Positions 9,405 through 18,446 of a stretch of 64,000 nucleotides of DNA are shown piece by piece. The stretch is from contig JBAYVF010000001.1 in the NCBI GenBank assembly GCA_041674705.1, forward strand, positions 65,238-129,237. Direction: 5' to 3'. Position 1 is the stretch's first letter; each line of letters begins with the position of its first letter. Under the pieces are notes generated by a model. That model saw nothing but the letters and a program-made list of their open reading frames with translations, was not told the origin of the DNA and did no database searches. Origin of the DNA: Candidatus Omnitrophota bacterium (GTDB taxonomy: Bacteria; Omnitrophota; Omnitrophia; Omnitrophales; Aquincolibacteriaceae). A program made the position numbers and the translations under genes.

Positions 9405-10334
9405 ATGTTCAAATCATTGATTTCCATTAACGACCTCAGCACCGAAGAGATCCGGAAGATCATGGAGCTCGCGGCCAAGGTCAAGGCCCGGCCGCAGGAA
9501 GTCCGGGACGCGCTTGAAGGCCACATCTTCGGTTTTATTTTCGAGAAGCCCTCGACCCGGACTTGGGTCTCGTTTCAGGCCGGTATTTATTCGATGGGCG
9601 GTGGCGCCATTTATCTGGGTCCCGAGGATATCAAACTCGGCGTCCGGGAAGAAGTGCGGGACGTGGCGCGCGTCTTGTCGCGTTACCTTTCGGGCGTGGT
9701 TATGCGGACCTTCTCGCATTGGACCATCACCGAATTCCAGGATTATTTTGAAAAACCCGTGATCAACGGCTTAAGCGACCTCGAACATCCGTGCCAGGCG
9801 CTGGCCGATTACATGACACTTTATGAAAAGATCCCGGCGGAGAAAGATCCGGTGCTCGCGTTCGTGGGGGACGGCAATAACGTCCTGCATTCCCTGATGC
9901 TTGTCGCCGCGAAACTCGGCGCGAAGATCCGGTACGCGACGCCCAAAAAATATCAGCCCAAGCCGAAGCTTCTTGCGCTGGCCCGGCAGATCGCCAAAAA
10001 AACCGGCGCGGTGATCGAAGGTTTTCTCGACCCCGTGGAAGCCGTGAAGGGCGCGGATGCGGTCTACACGGATGTGTGGGTCAGCATGGGCGAAGAAGCC
10101 ATGCGGCAAAAAAAGCTCAAGGACTTTAAAGGCATGCAGGTCAACAAGGCGCTCCTCGCGCACGCGAAAAAAGACGCGCTTGTGATGCATTGCCTGCCGG
10201 CGCACCGGGGTGAAGAGATCACCAATGACGTGATGGAAAGTAAAAACTGCGTCGTGTTCGACGAGGCCGAGAACCGGCTCCATATTCAGAAAGCCATTTT
10301 ACTTTATCTGTTTAACCAAGGAGCAATTCAATAG
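9405..10334 (+). CDS. argF: Ornithine carbamoyltransferase
   Basis: Carbamoyl-phosphate binding motif FEKPSTRTWVSF, plus HCLPAHRGEEI. 309 aa. Confidence 0.92.
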   Translation: MFKSLISINDLSTEEIRKIMELAAKVKARPQEVRDALEGHIFGFIFEKPSTRTWVSFQAGIYSMGGGAIYLGPEDIKLGVREEVRDVARVLSRYLSGVVMRTFSHWTITEFQDYFEKPVINGLSDLEHPCQALADYMTLYEKIPAEKDPVLAFVGDGNNVLHSLMLVAAKLGAKIRYATPKKYQPKPKLLALARQIAKKTGAVIEGFLDPVEAVKGADAVYTDVWVSMGEEAMRQKKLKDFKGMQVNKALLAHAKKDALVMHCLPAHRGEEITNDVMESKNCVVFDEAENRLHIQKAILLYLFNQGAIQ

Positions 10335-10335
10335 A

Positions 10336-10470
10336 CAATTACCAATAACCAAGAAACAAATACCAAACAAGAACCAATTTCCAAAATTCAAGTCTCAAAC
10401 GGGTTGTTGTTTGATTATTGGAATTTGATCATTGTTTGGTTATTGCATCTTGATTATTGGTTATTTAATT
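10336..10470. repeat. Long AT-rich word hairpin (CCAATAACC / TTGGTTATTGG family), copy 1
   Basis: The left arm is caattaccaataaccaagaaacaaataccaaacaagaaccaatttccaaaattcaag. The right arm is an imperfect complement that ends cttgattattggttattt. Located at the argF|argG junction. Confidence 0.75.
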
Positions 10471-10506
10471 CGACGCGTTTCAAGTCTAAGAAGAAGGAAT
10501 ATTATT

Positions 10507-11697
10507 ATGAAAAAGGTAGTGCTTGCATACTCAGGGGGTCTGGATACCTCGTGCGCGGTGAAATGGCTCGGGGAACAGCACGAGCTTGAGGTGATCTGTT
10601 TCTGCGCGTTCATCGGCGAAGTAAAGGACAAAGCCCCGCTCATCAAAAGGGCCAAGGCCGCTGGCGCGATCAAGACCTATATCGTGGACCTTAAAAAAGA
10701 ATTCGCCCGGGATTACATTATGCCGGCGCTTTGGGCGCACGCGCGCTACGAAGGCAAGTACCCGCTCGCGACCGCGCTCGGCCGGCCGCTCATCGCAAAG
10801 CATCTTGTGGAAGTCGCTCAAAAAGAAGGCGCGGAATTTGTGTCGCATGGTTGCACCGGTAAAGGGAACGACCAGGTGCGGCTCGAAGTCGGCGTTCGAA
10901 CGCTCGACGCGGGCCTCAAGATCATCGCGCCTTTAAGGGAATGGGAATTCAAGACGCGCGAGGAAGAGATCGAATACGCGAAGGAAAAAAATATTCCGAT
11001 CGACGTGACGAAAAAAAGCATTTATTCCATCGATAAGAACATCTGGGGCATTGCAATCGAAGCCGGGATCCTGGAAGATCCCATGGTCGAACCTCCGGAA
11101 GGCGCGTATGTCATGACCTGCGCCCCGGGAAAAGCGCCCAAGAAACCGCGTTACATTGATATCGTTTTTGAAAAAGGCGTGCCGGTCAAATTGAACGGTG
11201 TCCGGATGCCCTTGGTCGAGCTGATCGAGAAACTGAACCAGGTCGCGGGCCAGTACGGCGTCGGACGGTTTGACATGATCGAGAACCGGCTTGTGGGGAT
11301 CAAGAGCCGCGAGGTGTACGAAGCGCCGGCCGCGGATGTGCTCCTGAAAGCCCACGAAGAACTCGAAGGGTTTGTCATGGACCGTGAATTCCTCCATTAC
11401 AAGAGACTGCTCACCGAGAAATACGCGGAGCTCGTTTATTTCGGGCTTTGGTTCTCGCCCCTCAAAAAATCGCTCGACGCGTTCTTCGCGTCCAACCAGG
11501 CGCGCGTGACAGGGAAGGTCAGGATCAAACTCGACCGGGGCCACGCGATCTGTGTCGGCCGCGAATCGAAGTATGCTCTCTATAAAGAAAAACTCGCCAC
11601 GTACTCCAAGGGCGATCTGTTCGACCGGAAAGCCGCGACCGGATTCATGAAGATCTGGGGCTTGCCGTACGAGGGAATGTATCAGCGGAAGGCGTAA
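10507..11697 (+). CDS. argG: Argininosuccinate synthase
   Basis: Start at MKKVVLAYSGGLDTS (the ATP pyrophosphatase SGGxDTS motif). The ORF-track start at 10432 lies inside the hairpin repeat. Confidence 0.92.
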   Translation: MKKVVLAYSGGLDTSCAVKWLGEQHELEVICFCAFIGEVKDKAPLIKRAKAAGAIKTYIVDLKKEFARDYIMPALWAHARYEGKYPLATALGRPLIAKHLVEVAQKEGAEFVSHGCTGKGNDQVRLEVGVRTLDAGLKIIAPLREWEFKTREEEIEYAKEKNIPIDVTKKSIYSIDKNIWGIAIEAGILEDPMVEPPEGAYVMTCAPGKAPKKPRYIDIVFEKGVPVKLNGVRMPLVELIEKLNQVAGQYGVGRFDMIENRLVGIKSREVYEAPAADVLLKAHEELEGFVMDREFLHYKRLLTEKYAELVYFGLWFSPLKKSLDAFFASNQARVTGKVRIKLDRGHAICVGRESKYALYKEKLATYSKGDLFDRKAATGFMKIWGLPYEGMYQRKA

Positions 11698-11747
11698 AGG
11701 CGTACGGCGTAACGCGAAGCCTTTTCGCCGTACTCCGTACACCGTAC
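11691..11747. repeat. Word-hairpin element (GTACGG family), argG|argH junction
   Basis: A core perfect stem GTACGGCG / CGCCGTAC is flanked by more imperfectly paired GTACGG-type words. The element overlaps the argG stop codon. Confidence 0.75.
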
Positions 11748-11764
11748 AAAGGATGGTGATTGTT

Positions 11765-13141
11765 ATGGCAAAGAAATTATGGGGCGGAAGATTCAAAAAG
11801 GATATGCATCCGGCGCTCAAGTGTTTCAGCTATTCGCTTGAGACGGACAAGGAACTTTTTGACGCCGAGATCTGTGTGAACGCTGCCTACGCGAAAATGC
11901 TCGCGAAAGTGGGGCTGATCACCACGGCGGAATCGAAAGCCATTTTACGCGGCCTCAAGTCCGTGGCCCGGGCCTTAAAAGGCCAGGACCTCGCGGCGTA
12001 CGCGGACAAGTACGAAGATGTCCACACGCTGATCCAGATGGAACTCGAGAAAAAAGCGGGCGCCGTGGCCAAGAAGATCCACACCGGCCGGAGCCGGAAC
12101 GACCTGGTCATCACCTCGACCCGCATTTACCTCCGTGAAAAGACCGCGGAGATCTGGGTCGGGATCAAAAAACTTCAAAAGGCGCTCGTAACCGCGGCCG
12201 ACAAAGCGAACGGTCTGATGATCCCCGGGATGACGCATCTAAGGAAAGCCCAGCCCGTGCTTCTGGCGCATCATTTACTGGCCTATGTCGAAATGCTCGA
12301 GGAAGACAATGCCCGGCTCGCGGATTCGATGAAAAGGATCAACATTTTGCCGCTCGGTTCCGCGGCCCTCGCGGGTTCCGCGCTTCCGCTCGACCAGAAA
12401 TTCCTCGCCAGGGAACTGGGGTTCTCCGGGATCGCCAAAAACAGCATGGCCGCGGTAAGCGACCGGGGCTCTCTGGCGGAATTTCTCTCCGTGCTTTCCA
12501 TTCTGTGGGCGCATCTCTCCAGGCTTTCGGAGGATTTCATTCTTTGGAATTCCGAGGCGTTCGGTTATGTAGAACTCGACGACGCGTTCGCGACCGGTTC
12601 GAGTCTTATGCCGCAAAAGAAAAACCCGGACGTGTTTGAACTCGTGCGGGGAAGGGCCGGTGTGATCTTCGGTTATCTCCAGGCCATTCTGACCGTGCAA
12701 AAAGGTCTGCCGCTTTCTTATAACCGCGATCTTCAGGAAGACAAGCCCGGCGTGTTCGATGCCGTAAAAAAGACCGCGACCGCGCTCGAGCTTCTGGCGC
12801 TGGCCGTGGGTTCGGCGACCTGGCACAAGAAGGCGCTTTTGAAATCCCTCGACGACGACAGCCTTTTCGCGACCGACATTCTGGAATATCTCGTGCAGAA
12901 AAAAGTCCCCTTCACTGAGGCCCATGAACTTGTGGGACGGACGGTGCGCCACGCGATCGAAACCGAAAAGCGGCTTCGCGAGTGGACGGTCCAGGAGTGG
13001 CAGAAATTCTCGCCCAAGTTCGGCGCGGACATCCATGATCTTTTTTGCGCGTTAGAATCCGTGAAAGGCAAAAAAACGATCGGAAGTACGCATCCCGTGC
13101 GGGTGAAGCAAGCCATCGCGGAGTGGAAAAAAAACTTGTGA
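11765..13141 (+). CDS. argH: Argininosuccinate lyase
   Basis: MAKKLWGGRF N-terminus, the fumarate-lyase signature region GSSLMPQKKNPD, and TGRSRNDLV. Confidence 0.92.
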   Translation: MAKKLWGGRFKKDMHPALKCFSYSLETDKELFDAEICVNAAYAKMLAKVGLITTAESKAILRGLKSVARALKGQDLAAYADKYEDVHTLIQMELEKKAGAVAKKIHTGRSRNDLVITSTRIYLREKTAEIWVGIKKLQKALVTAADKANGLMIPGMTHLRKAQPVLLAHHLLAYVEMLEEDNARLADSMKRINILPLGSAALAGSALPLDQKFLARELGFSGIAKNSMAAVSDRGSLAEFLSVLSILWAHLSRLSEDFILWNSEAFGYVELDDAFATGSSLMPQKKNPDVFELVRGRAGVIFGYLQAILTVQKGLPLSYNRDLQEDKPGVFDAVKKTATALELLALAVGSATWHKKALLKSLDDDSLFATDILEYLVQKKVPFTEAHELVGRTVRHAIETEKRLREWTVQEWQKFSPKFGADIHDLFCALESVKGKKTIGSTHPVRVKQAIAEWKKNL

Positions 13142-13150
13142 GGTGCCAAG

Positions 13151-14428
13151 ATGCCCAGGACTGATTTCCACGAAGAGAAGATGCACGATTTCTATTATAA
13201 GAAGGGCGAGCTTTATTGTGACAAGGCCCGCATCGCGAAGATCCTGAAAAAAACCGGCACCCCCGCTTATATCTACAGCCACAAGACCTTCGTCGAACAT
13301 CTCGCCAAGCTCCAGAAGGCGTTCCGCGCCGCGAAGCCCTTGATCTGCTATTCCGTCAAGGCCAACTCGAACCTCGCGGTGCTCCGCGCGCTCGTCAAAA
13401 AAGGCGCCGGCCTCGATATCGTTTCAGGCGGCGAACTTTTCCGCGCGAAGAAAGCGAAGTGCCTCGGGAAAAAGATCGTTTACGCCGGCGTGGGGAAGAC
13501 GGCCGAAGAGATCCGCGCCGCGATCAAGGCGCGCATCCTTCTTTTCAATGTCGAATCCATTCCGGAGCTCGAGCAGATCAACGCGATCGCCAAAAAGATG
13601 CGCAAGAAAGTGAACGTGTCGCTCCGGATCAACCCCAATGTCGATCCTCACACGCACGAATACATCACGACCGGCAAGGCCGAGACCAAGTTCGGCATCG
13701 ATTTCGAGAAAGCCCGGGAAATATTCCTGGGCTCGAAGCGTTTCACGAACGCGCTTGTGTGCGGCGTGCATGTGCACATCGGTTCCCAGATCGAGACCGG
13801 CGACCCGTTCGTCGAGGCGTTCCAGAAGATCGTGGAATTCATCGCCGAGCTCGAAGAAAGCGGCATCAAGATCAAGTTCCTGAACCTGGGCGGCGGCCTG
13901 GGAGCGATCTATAGTGACGAGAACCCGCAGACCGCGGAGGCATTCGCCAGGAAGATCCTCCCGATCTTCAAAAAACGGAAATTCCAGCTGATCTTTGAGC
14001 CGGGGCGTTTTATCGCGGCCAATAGCGGCATTCTCGCGACCCGGGTGATCTATGTGAAAGAGACCGACGTGAAGAAATTCGCGATCGTGGATGCCGGCAT
14101 GAACGATTTTATCCGGCCTGCTTTTTATAACGCGTTCCACCACATCTGGCCCGTCGTGAAAAATGAAAAAGCGCACGGATGGATCTACGACGTCGTGGGT
14201 CCGATCTGCGAGAGCGGGGATTTTTTCGCGAAAGACCGCGAGCTTCTCGAAATGCGCGCCGGCGATGCCCTGGCTATTATGACCACCGGCGCCTACGGCT
14301 TCACCATGGCCTCCAACTACAATTCCCGTCCCCGCGCCTGCGAGGTGATGGTCAAAGGCACCACCTTCAAAGTCGTCCGCAAACGCGAAACCTACCAGGA
14401 CCTCATTAAGGGCGAACGGACCGCGTAA
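13151..14428 (+). CDS. lysA: Diaminopimelate decarboxylase
   Basis: Group IV PLP decarboxylase with YSVKANSNLAVL (PLP lysine), HIGSQ, LGGGLG and GPICESGD. It ends the arg operon. The start may be the internal Met 10 codons downstream. Confidence 0.88.
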   Translation: MPRTDFHEEKMHDFYYKKGELYCDKARIAKILKKTGTPAYIYSHKTFVEHLAKLQKAFRAAKPLICYSVKANSNLAVLRALVKKGAGLDIVSGGELFRAKKAKCLGKKIVYAGVGKTAEEIRAAIKARILLFNVESIPELEQINAIAKKMRKKVNVSLRINPNVDPHTHEYITTGKAETKFGIDFEKAREIFLGSKRFTNALVCGVHVHIGSQIETGDPFVEAFQKIVEFIAELEESGIKIKFLNLGGGLGAIYSDENPQTAEAFARKILPIFKKRKFQLIFEPGRFIAANSGILATRVIYVKETDVKKFAIVDAGMNDFIRPAFYNAFHHIWPVVKNEKAHGWIYDVVGPICESGDFFAKDRELLEMRAGDALAIMTTGAYGFTMASNYNSRPRACEVMVKGTTFKVVRKRETYQDLIKGERTA

Positions 14429-14470
14429 CACACCATTTCAACTGTGCGAGCTGGAATCGGTTCGCGGATT

Positions 14471-14668
14471 TTATCCGATCCATTTCTTCGCGACACACTC
14501 AGCAGGCGGGCGGCTTTCTATCTCGGCAAGGCGGTCGAGGGCTTTACGGATTTTTTTTCCAGCACGGGGGAATAGCTTCCGGCGCGCTTTCTTACGAAAC
14601 TGAAGACGACGGTATTTTTGTTCTTCCTGATTGAACTGCTCGATCAACTCATCGTTCCGTTCTAACAT
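14471..14668 (-). CDS. Small basic hypothetical protein
   Basis: 65-aa ORF directly downstream of, and co-directional with, the RhuM/Doc gene. No recognisable motif. Confidence 0.3.
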   Translation of the reverse strand: MLERNDELIEQFNQEEQKYRRLQFRKKARRKLFPRAGKKIRKALDRLAEIESRPPAECVAKKWIG

Positions 14669-14685
14669 TCGCCCGCTCCTTATCT

Positions 14686-15660
14686 CTAAACCAGAAGGTT
14701 CAGGATCACCTTGATCATGGAGTCTTTTTCAGGGGGACGGCTTGCCGCGATCATCAGGGTAAGAGCTACGAGAGCGGTATCGTCGATACGCTTGCTCCCG
14801 TCTTTCCGGGTCAAAAGGCCGTTCTCTTCAAGGAAACAAATAAAAACCGCCGCCGCAATACGCTTATTGCCGTCGACAAAGCTGTGATTTTTGGTGACAA
14901 AATACAGCAGGTGAGCCGCCTTCTCCTGAACGGTCGAATAAAGCTCCTTTTTCCCGAAGGTCTGGTAAACGGTGCCGATGGAGCTTTTAAATCCCTGATC
15001 CCTCTCTTGGCCCATCAAGGCAGAACCCCCGAATTTGCGTTTTAAGCTCTCAATGATCTCGCGGGCCCTTTCATAGGTGAGCCGGTATTTTTCCTTTCGC
15101 GAGCCGGGAGGGACGCGAAGACGTTCGTGGTCAAAATCATCCAGAACGTCCAATGCGCGGGCATACTCCGCGATGACGCGGGCGATCCCCCGAGTTTCAA
15201 CCGAAAGTTCTTCGATCTGGAAAACGTTACCGACCAAGGCGACGGCTTTTTGCAGCTCGCGATATTTGATCTGGTCTGTTTTTAAGCGCTTGTCGTTGAT
15301 CGTGTAGCCGTCCACGAGGTGTTTCTTAAGAACGTTTGTGGCCCAGATGCGGAAACGAGTAGCTTTCGCAGAATTGACCCGATAGCCAACCGAAATGATC
15401 GCATCCAGATTGTAAAACCTGGTTTTATAAACTTTTCCGTCTCTGGCAGTATGTTCCAAAATGGAACATACTGAACGCTTGTCTAATTCATTAGAGCTAA
15501 AGATATTAGATAAATGCTTGGTCATTGCCGGTCTTTGCGTCCCAAATAGGGAAGCCATCTGCTCCTGAGTGAGCCATACCGTATCTCTTTCAAGACGGAC
15601 CTCGATACGGTCTTTATATAAAACGATGTTGCCTTGTTGAATTGCAGTCTGTTCTCTCAT
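14686..15660 (-). CDS. RhuM-family protein with C-terminal Doc-type Fic domain (putative toxin)
   Basis: The N-terminal half (WLTQEQMASLFGTQRPAMTKHLSNIF ... YNLDAIISVGYRVNSAKATRFRIWAT) is typical of RhuM. The C-terminus carries HSFVDGNKRIAAA, the Doc variant of the Fic motif (HxFxDGNKR). Confidence 0.75.
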   Translation of the reverse strand: MREQTAIQQGNIVLYKDRIEVRLERDTVWLTQEQMASLFGTQRPAMTKHLSNIFSSNELDKRSVCSILEHTARDGKVYKTRFYNLDAIISVGYRVNSAKATRFRIWATNVLKKHLVDGYTINDKRLKTDQIKYRELQKAVALVGNVFQIEELSVETRGIARVIAEYARALDVLDDFDHERLRVPPGSRKEKYRLTYERAREIIESLKRKFGGSALMGQERDQGFKSSIGTVYQTFGKKELYSTVQEKAAHLLYFVTKNHSFVDGNKRIAAAVFICFLEENGLLTRKDGSKRIDDTALVALTLMIAASRPPEKDSMIKVILNLLV

Positions 15661-15665
15661 AAGGA

Positions 15666-15890
15666 TTAGGCCTTTTTTTGTTTTTTGGAGACTTTGCGGC
15701 TGATCTTGCGGGCCTCGTACAGGGTCTCCGGCTCGCTGATCTTGCTGGAGGCCATCATCTGGTTCATCCTGTCCATGAGCAGGGTCTTTTGAAAAATAGC
15801 TTGTCTCGCGACTTCGGACCAGTTGATCTCCTTAAAACGGTCCATCTTCGCTTTCAGTTCTACCGGTATCGAAAGTGTCATGTTGGGCAT
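15666..15890 (-). CDS. Putative ribbon-helix-helix-like antitoxin
   Basis: 74 aa starting at MPNMTLSIPVELKAKMDRF. AGGAG lies 6 nt upstream of this ATG. The gene ends 5 nt before the Doc-type gene, giving the classical antitoxin-toxin order. Confidence 0.5.
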   Translation of the reverse strand: MPNMTLSIPVELKAKMDRFKEINWSEVARQAIFQKTLLMDRMNQMMASSKISEPETLYEARKISRKVSKKQKKA

Positions 15891-16030
15891 AATTTTCTCC
15901 TTTTTCTGATATAAGTATACTATGTGGATGCACATAATACAAGTAAATAGCCAATAGCCTACAGATCTTAGTCTCCAGCTATAAGCTCTGGGCTATATGC
16001 GAGAGGCCTTTTCTGGTAAAATTCCTCTCG

Positions 16031-17035
16031 ATGGCGAACGCACCCGTTTCTTCCGTTTATAAAGAGCTTGTCACCGAGATCGCCACGCTTTACGAAGGCG
16101 CCAGAAGAGCTCTTGTAGAAGCTTATTGGAAAATAGGCCAGAGGATCGTCCAGGTCGAACAGCAAGGCGCGATCAAAGCTGCCTACGGCGCCGGCCTCCT
16201 TTCAAAGCTCTCCCAGGATCTCGCCAAACAATGCGGTCAGGGTTTTTCCGAATCGAATCTGCGGCGCATGCGGCAATTTTACCTGGCCCATCCAAAACAA
16301 CCGCCGGCGGTTGAATTAAGCTGGACCCAATACGCCGAACTTCTGCCGATCGGGGACGCGGTTAAGCGAGAGCGGTTTGTTCAGAAGGCTATCCGGGAGG
16401 AGCTGGATGGAAAAACCCTTCGCAGGCTCGTTCACGCCGAACTGGTCCGGGAGCAAGTAGCTCAAAACCTTGAAAAACGGGACTCGGGACTAGGGACTCG
16501 TATAACGAGCAACGAATCACGAGGGGCGAGTCCCGAGGAACAAGTCCCGGATCTTTTGGCAGAGCCCAAAGACCTCACGCTCCGCACGTACCGGAAAGGG
16601 GAAGTCTCGTCCGTTCCCGGCCACACGCTTGATTGCGGGTTTTATGTTTACCGGGAAGTCACAAAGACCCAATATGAAAGCGTCACGGTCACAGACAAAC
16701 CCTCGTATGCTTACGAAGCCACGGTGGAACGCGTGATCGATGGCGACACGCTCTGGGCCGTGATCGACATAGGCTTCGGTACCCAGGTCCGCGAAAAACT
16801 CCGACTCCGGGGGATCGATTGCCCCGAACTCGGCAGTCCGGAGGGAGAAAAAGCAAAACGATTTGTTACAGGCCTTTTACCCGCTGGCTCTAAGATCCTC
16901 CTCAAAACCACCCGGTCGGATGATAAATATGGCCGCTATGTTGCTGACGTATACTACACGGATAAAGACGATAGGCAGCGATACCTGAATAACCTGCTTC
17001 TTGAGGCTGGATTAGCTGTTCGCATGTACGAATAG
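16031..17035 (+). CDS. DUF1016_N (YhcG N-terminal) domain fused to a staphylococcal-nuclease-like (SNase) domain
   Basis: The N-terminus (LVEAYWKIGQRIV ... YGAGLLSKLSQDLAKQCGQGFSESNLRRMRQFY) matches the YhcG/DUF1016 N-domain pattern. The C-terminus (VIDGDTLWAVID ... LRLRGIDCPE ... DKYGRYVADVY) matches the thermonuclease pattern. Confidence 0.65.
   Translation: MANAPVSSVYKELVTEIATLYEGARRALVEAYWKIGQRIVQVEQQGAIKAAYGAGLLSKLSQDLAKQCGQGFSESNLRRMRQFYLAHPKQPPAVELSWTQYAELLPIGDAVKRERFVQKAIREELDGKTLRRLVHAELVREQVAQNLEKRDSGLGTRITSNESRGASPEEQVPDLLAEPKDLTLRTYRKGEVSSVPGHTLDCGFYVYREVTKTQYESVTVTDKPSYAYEATVERVIDGDTLWAVIDIGFGTQVREKLRLRGIDCPELGSPEGEKAKRFVTGLLPAGSKILLKTTRSDDKYGRYVADVYYTDKDDRQRYLNNLLLEAGLAVRMYE
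16479..16550. repeat. Word hairpin (GGGACTC family) embedded in-frame between the two domains
   Basis: gggactcgggactagggactcg ... cgagtcccgaggaacaagtcccgg. It has the same architecture as the intergenic word hairpins and encodes DSGLGTRITSNESRGASPEEQVP. Confidence 0.7.
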
Positions 17036-17097
17036 CCTTACAATTAAATATAAAAAAACCTTACAACTACCTTGCCAGGCAATTTTCTGGATGCCGT

Positions 17098-17400
17098 GTG
17101 ATCGATGGCGACACGCTCTGGGCCGTGATCGACATAGGCTTCGGCACCCAGGTCCGCGAAAAGCTCCGCCTCCGGGGCCTCGACACCCCCGAACTTGGCA
17201 GTCCGGAGGGAGAAAAAGCAAAACGATTTGTTATAGGCCTTTTACCCGCTGGCTCTAAGATCCTCCTCAAGACCACTCGGTCGGATGATAAATATGGCCG
17301 CTATGTTGCTGACGTATACTACACGGATAAAGACGGCAAGGAACAATACCTCAATAACCTTCTGCTTCAAGAAGGCCTTGCGGTTTTAGTCAGCTCGTAG
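17098..17400 (+). CDS. Truncated tandem duplicate of the SNase module (possibly a gene remnant)
   Basis: About 300 nt nearly identical to 16735-17035. GTG start, and it lacks the residues preceding VIDGDT. It keeps RLRGLDTPE (canonical D-T-P-E), whereas the upstream copy has IDCPE. Confidence 0.45.
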   Translation: MIDGDTLWAVIDIGFGTQVREKLRLRGLDTPELGSPEGEKAKRFVIGLLPAGSKILLKTTRSDDKYGRYVADVYYTDKDGKEQYLNNLLLQEGLAVLVSS

Positions 17401-17504
17401 GACGTAGCCCCAGGATTCACCCCCGGAATCAATCCATTCAAATTTGTAACATGTTTAAAACAAACAACTTGCGACAAAAATACAACTAAAAGTATGTAAA
17501 ATAC

Positions 17505-17533
17505 TTGAAAATACAACTTTTAAGGTGTATTAT
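17505..17533 (+). promoter_or_regulatory. Putative sigma70 promoter of the HTH gene / island operon
   Basis: TTGAAA (17505-17510), 17-nt spacer, TATTAT (17528-17533), within an AT-rich tract. Confidence 0.4.
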
Positions 17534-17598
17534 TGGGGCATGAAGAGAGAGTCTGTAAAAGAGATCGATATACTGATGAAGGAGGTCTCGGGTTAGTT

Positions 17599-18210
17599 AT
17601 GGGAAGTTCCTGGCTCTGGAATGTCAATAAAACGGAAGAAGAAGCGAAGCGGATCCTCGCGGACCCCACGGATGAGCGTTTCGTCCATTATGCGGCGCTA
17701 CTGCTTTCGCGGCATTCAGGCCTGCCCAAGGAGATATTCAGTGAATATCTCAGCAAGGAACATTTCTGCCGTCGCTGGCTTGAGATCAAAAGGAAGATGC
17801 GCAAGGACGACTGGAACGACCAGCGCATTCCGTTCTGGGACGAGATCTACAAACGTCTGATCGTGGATTTCAAAAAGAAAGGGATCGTATTCCGGAGTCC
17901 TAAAAAGGAAGCCCTGAAAAATCCAGGCTTGGAAAAGATGGCGGCGGATATCCGTTCGAGACGTAAAGCCGCCCAATTGACCCAGACCGAGCTCGCGAAA
18001 AAAATGGGGGTTAAGCAGCAGTTCATTGCCAAGATCGAGAGCGGGACCCAGAATTTGTCGCCGCGGACCCTCGAGAAGATCAAAAAGATATTCGGGCTTT
18101 CTTTGTTTGGATCTGCGGCAGGGGCGCGTGATATTTCAGCCCGCCCTGTCTCAGAGACCGTTACGATATTGCATCCTTTAGAACCCGGCATGCGGACCGA
18201 GAGCAAGTAA
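17599..18210 (+). CDS. XRE-family helix-turn-helix protein with uncharacterised N-terminal domain
   Basis: HTH segment IRSRRKAAQLTQTELAKKMGVKQQFIAKIESGTQNLSPRTLEKIKKIF. The start is set at the ATG at 17599 (AGGAGG upstream), because the ORF-track TTG at 17533 overlaps the -10 box. Confidence 0.65.
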   Translation: MGSSWLWNVNKTEEEAKRILADPTDERFVHYAALLLSRHSGLPKEIFSEYLSKEHFCRRWLEIKRKMRKDDWNDQRIPFWDEIYKRLIVDFKKKGIVFRSPKKEALKNPGLEKMAADIRSRRKAAQLTQTELAKKMGVKQQFIAKIESGTQNLSPRTLEKIKKIFGLSLFGSAAGARDISARPVSETVTILHPLEPGMRTESK

Positions 18211-18341
18211 AACCCGGCGCAATATTGAACTGTAACAGACTATTGAAAATCGAAGCGGACAGAAGCGAAACCGGGTCTTTGTTTTCAAAGAGTATCTGAA
18301 TTTGTTTTGAGAAATAGAAGCAGTGTACGGGACCGTATCGT

Positions 18342-18368
18342 GTGAGCCCAAAGTAGCCGTTCCCACGG
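18342..18368. repeat. Island junction motif, copy A
   Basis: gtgagcccaaagtagccgttcccacgg. Near-identical to part of copy B. Lies about 80 nt upstream of the 18447 ORF. Confidence 0.6.
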
Positions 18369-18446
18369 CAGCGAAGCAGCGCTGTGGTGTACCCGGTACC
18401 ATTCAACAAGCTGAGAGGCTTTACGAGTTAAAGCAGAGGAAAGATT

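Noticed and set aside
9185-9526. 113-aa minus-strand ORF, and the 74-aa ORF at 34567-34791, both containing ...WIPAFAGMT...
   Set aside because: These peptides are simply translations of the GTCAT palindromic repeat joined to antisense sequence of neighbouring genes. They are not independent genes.
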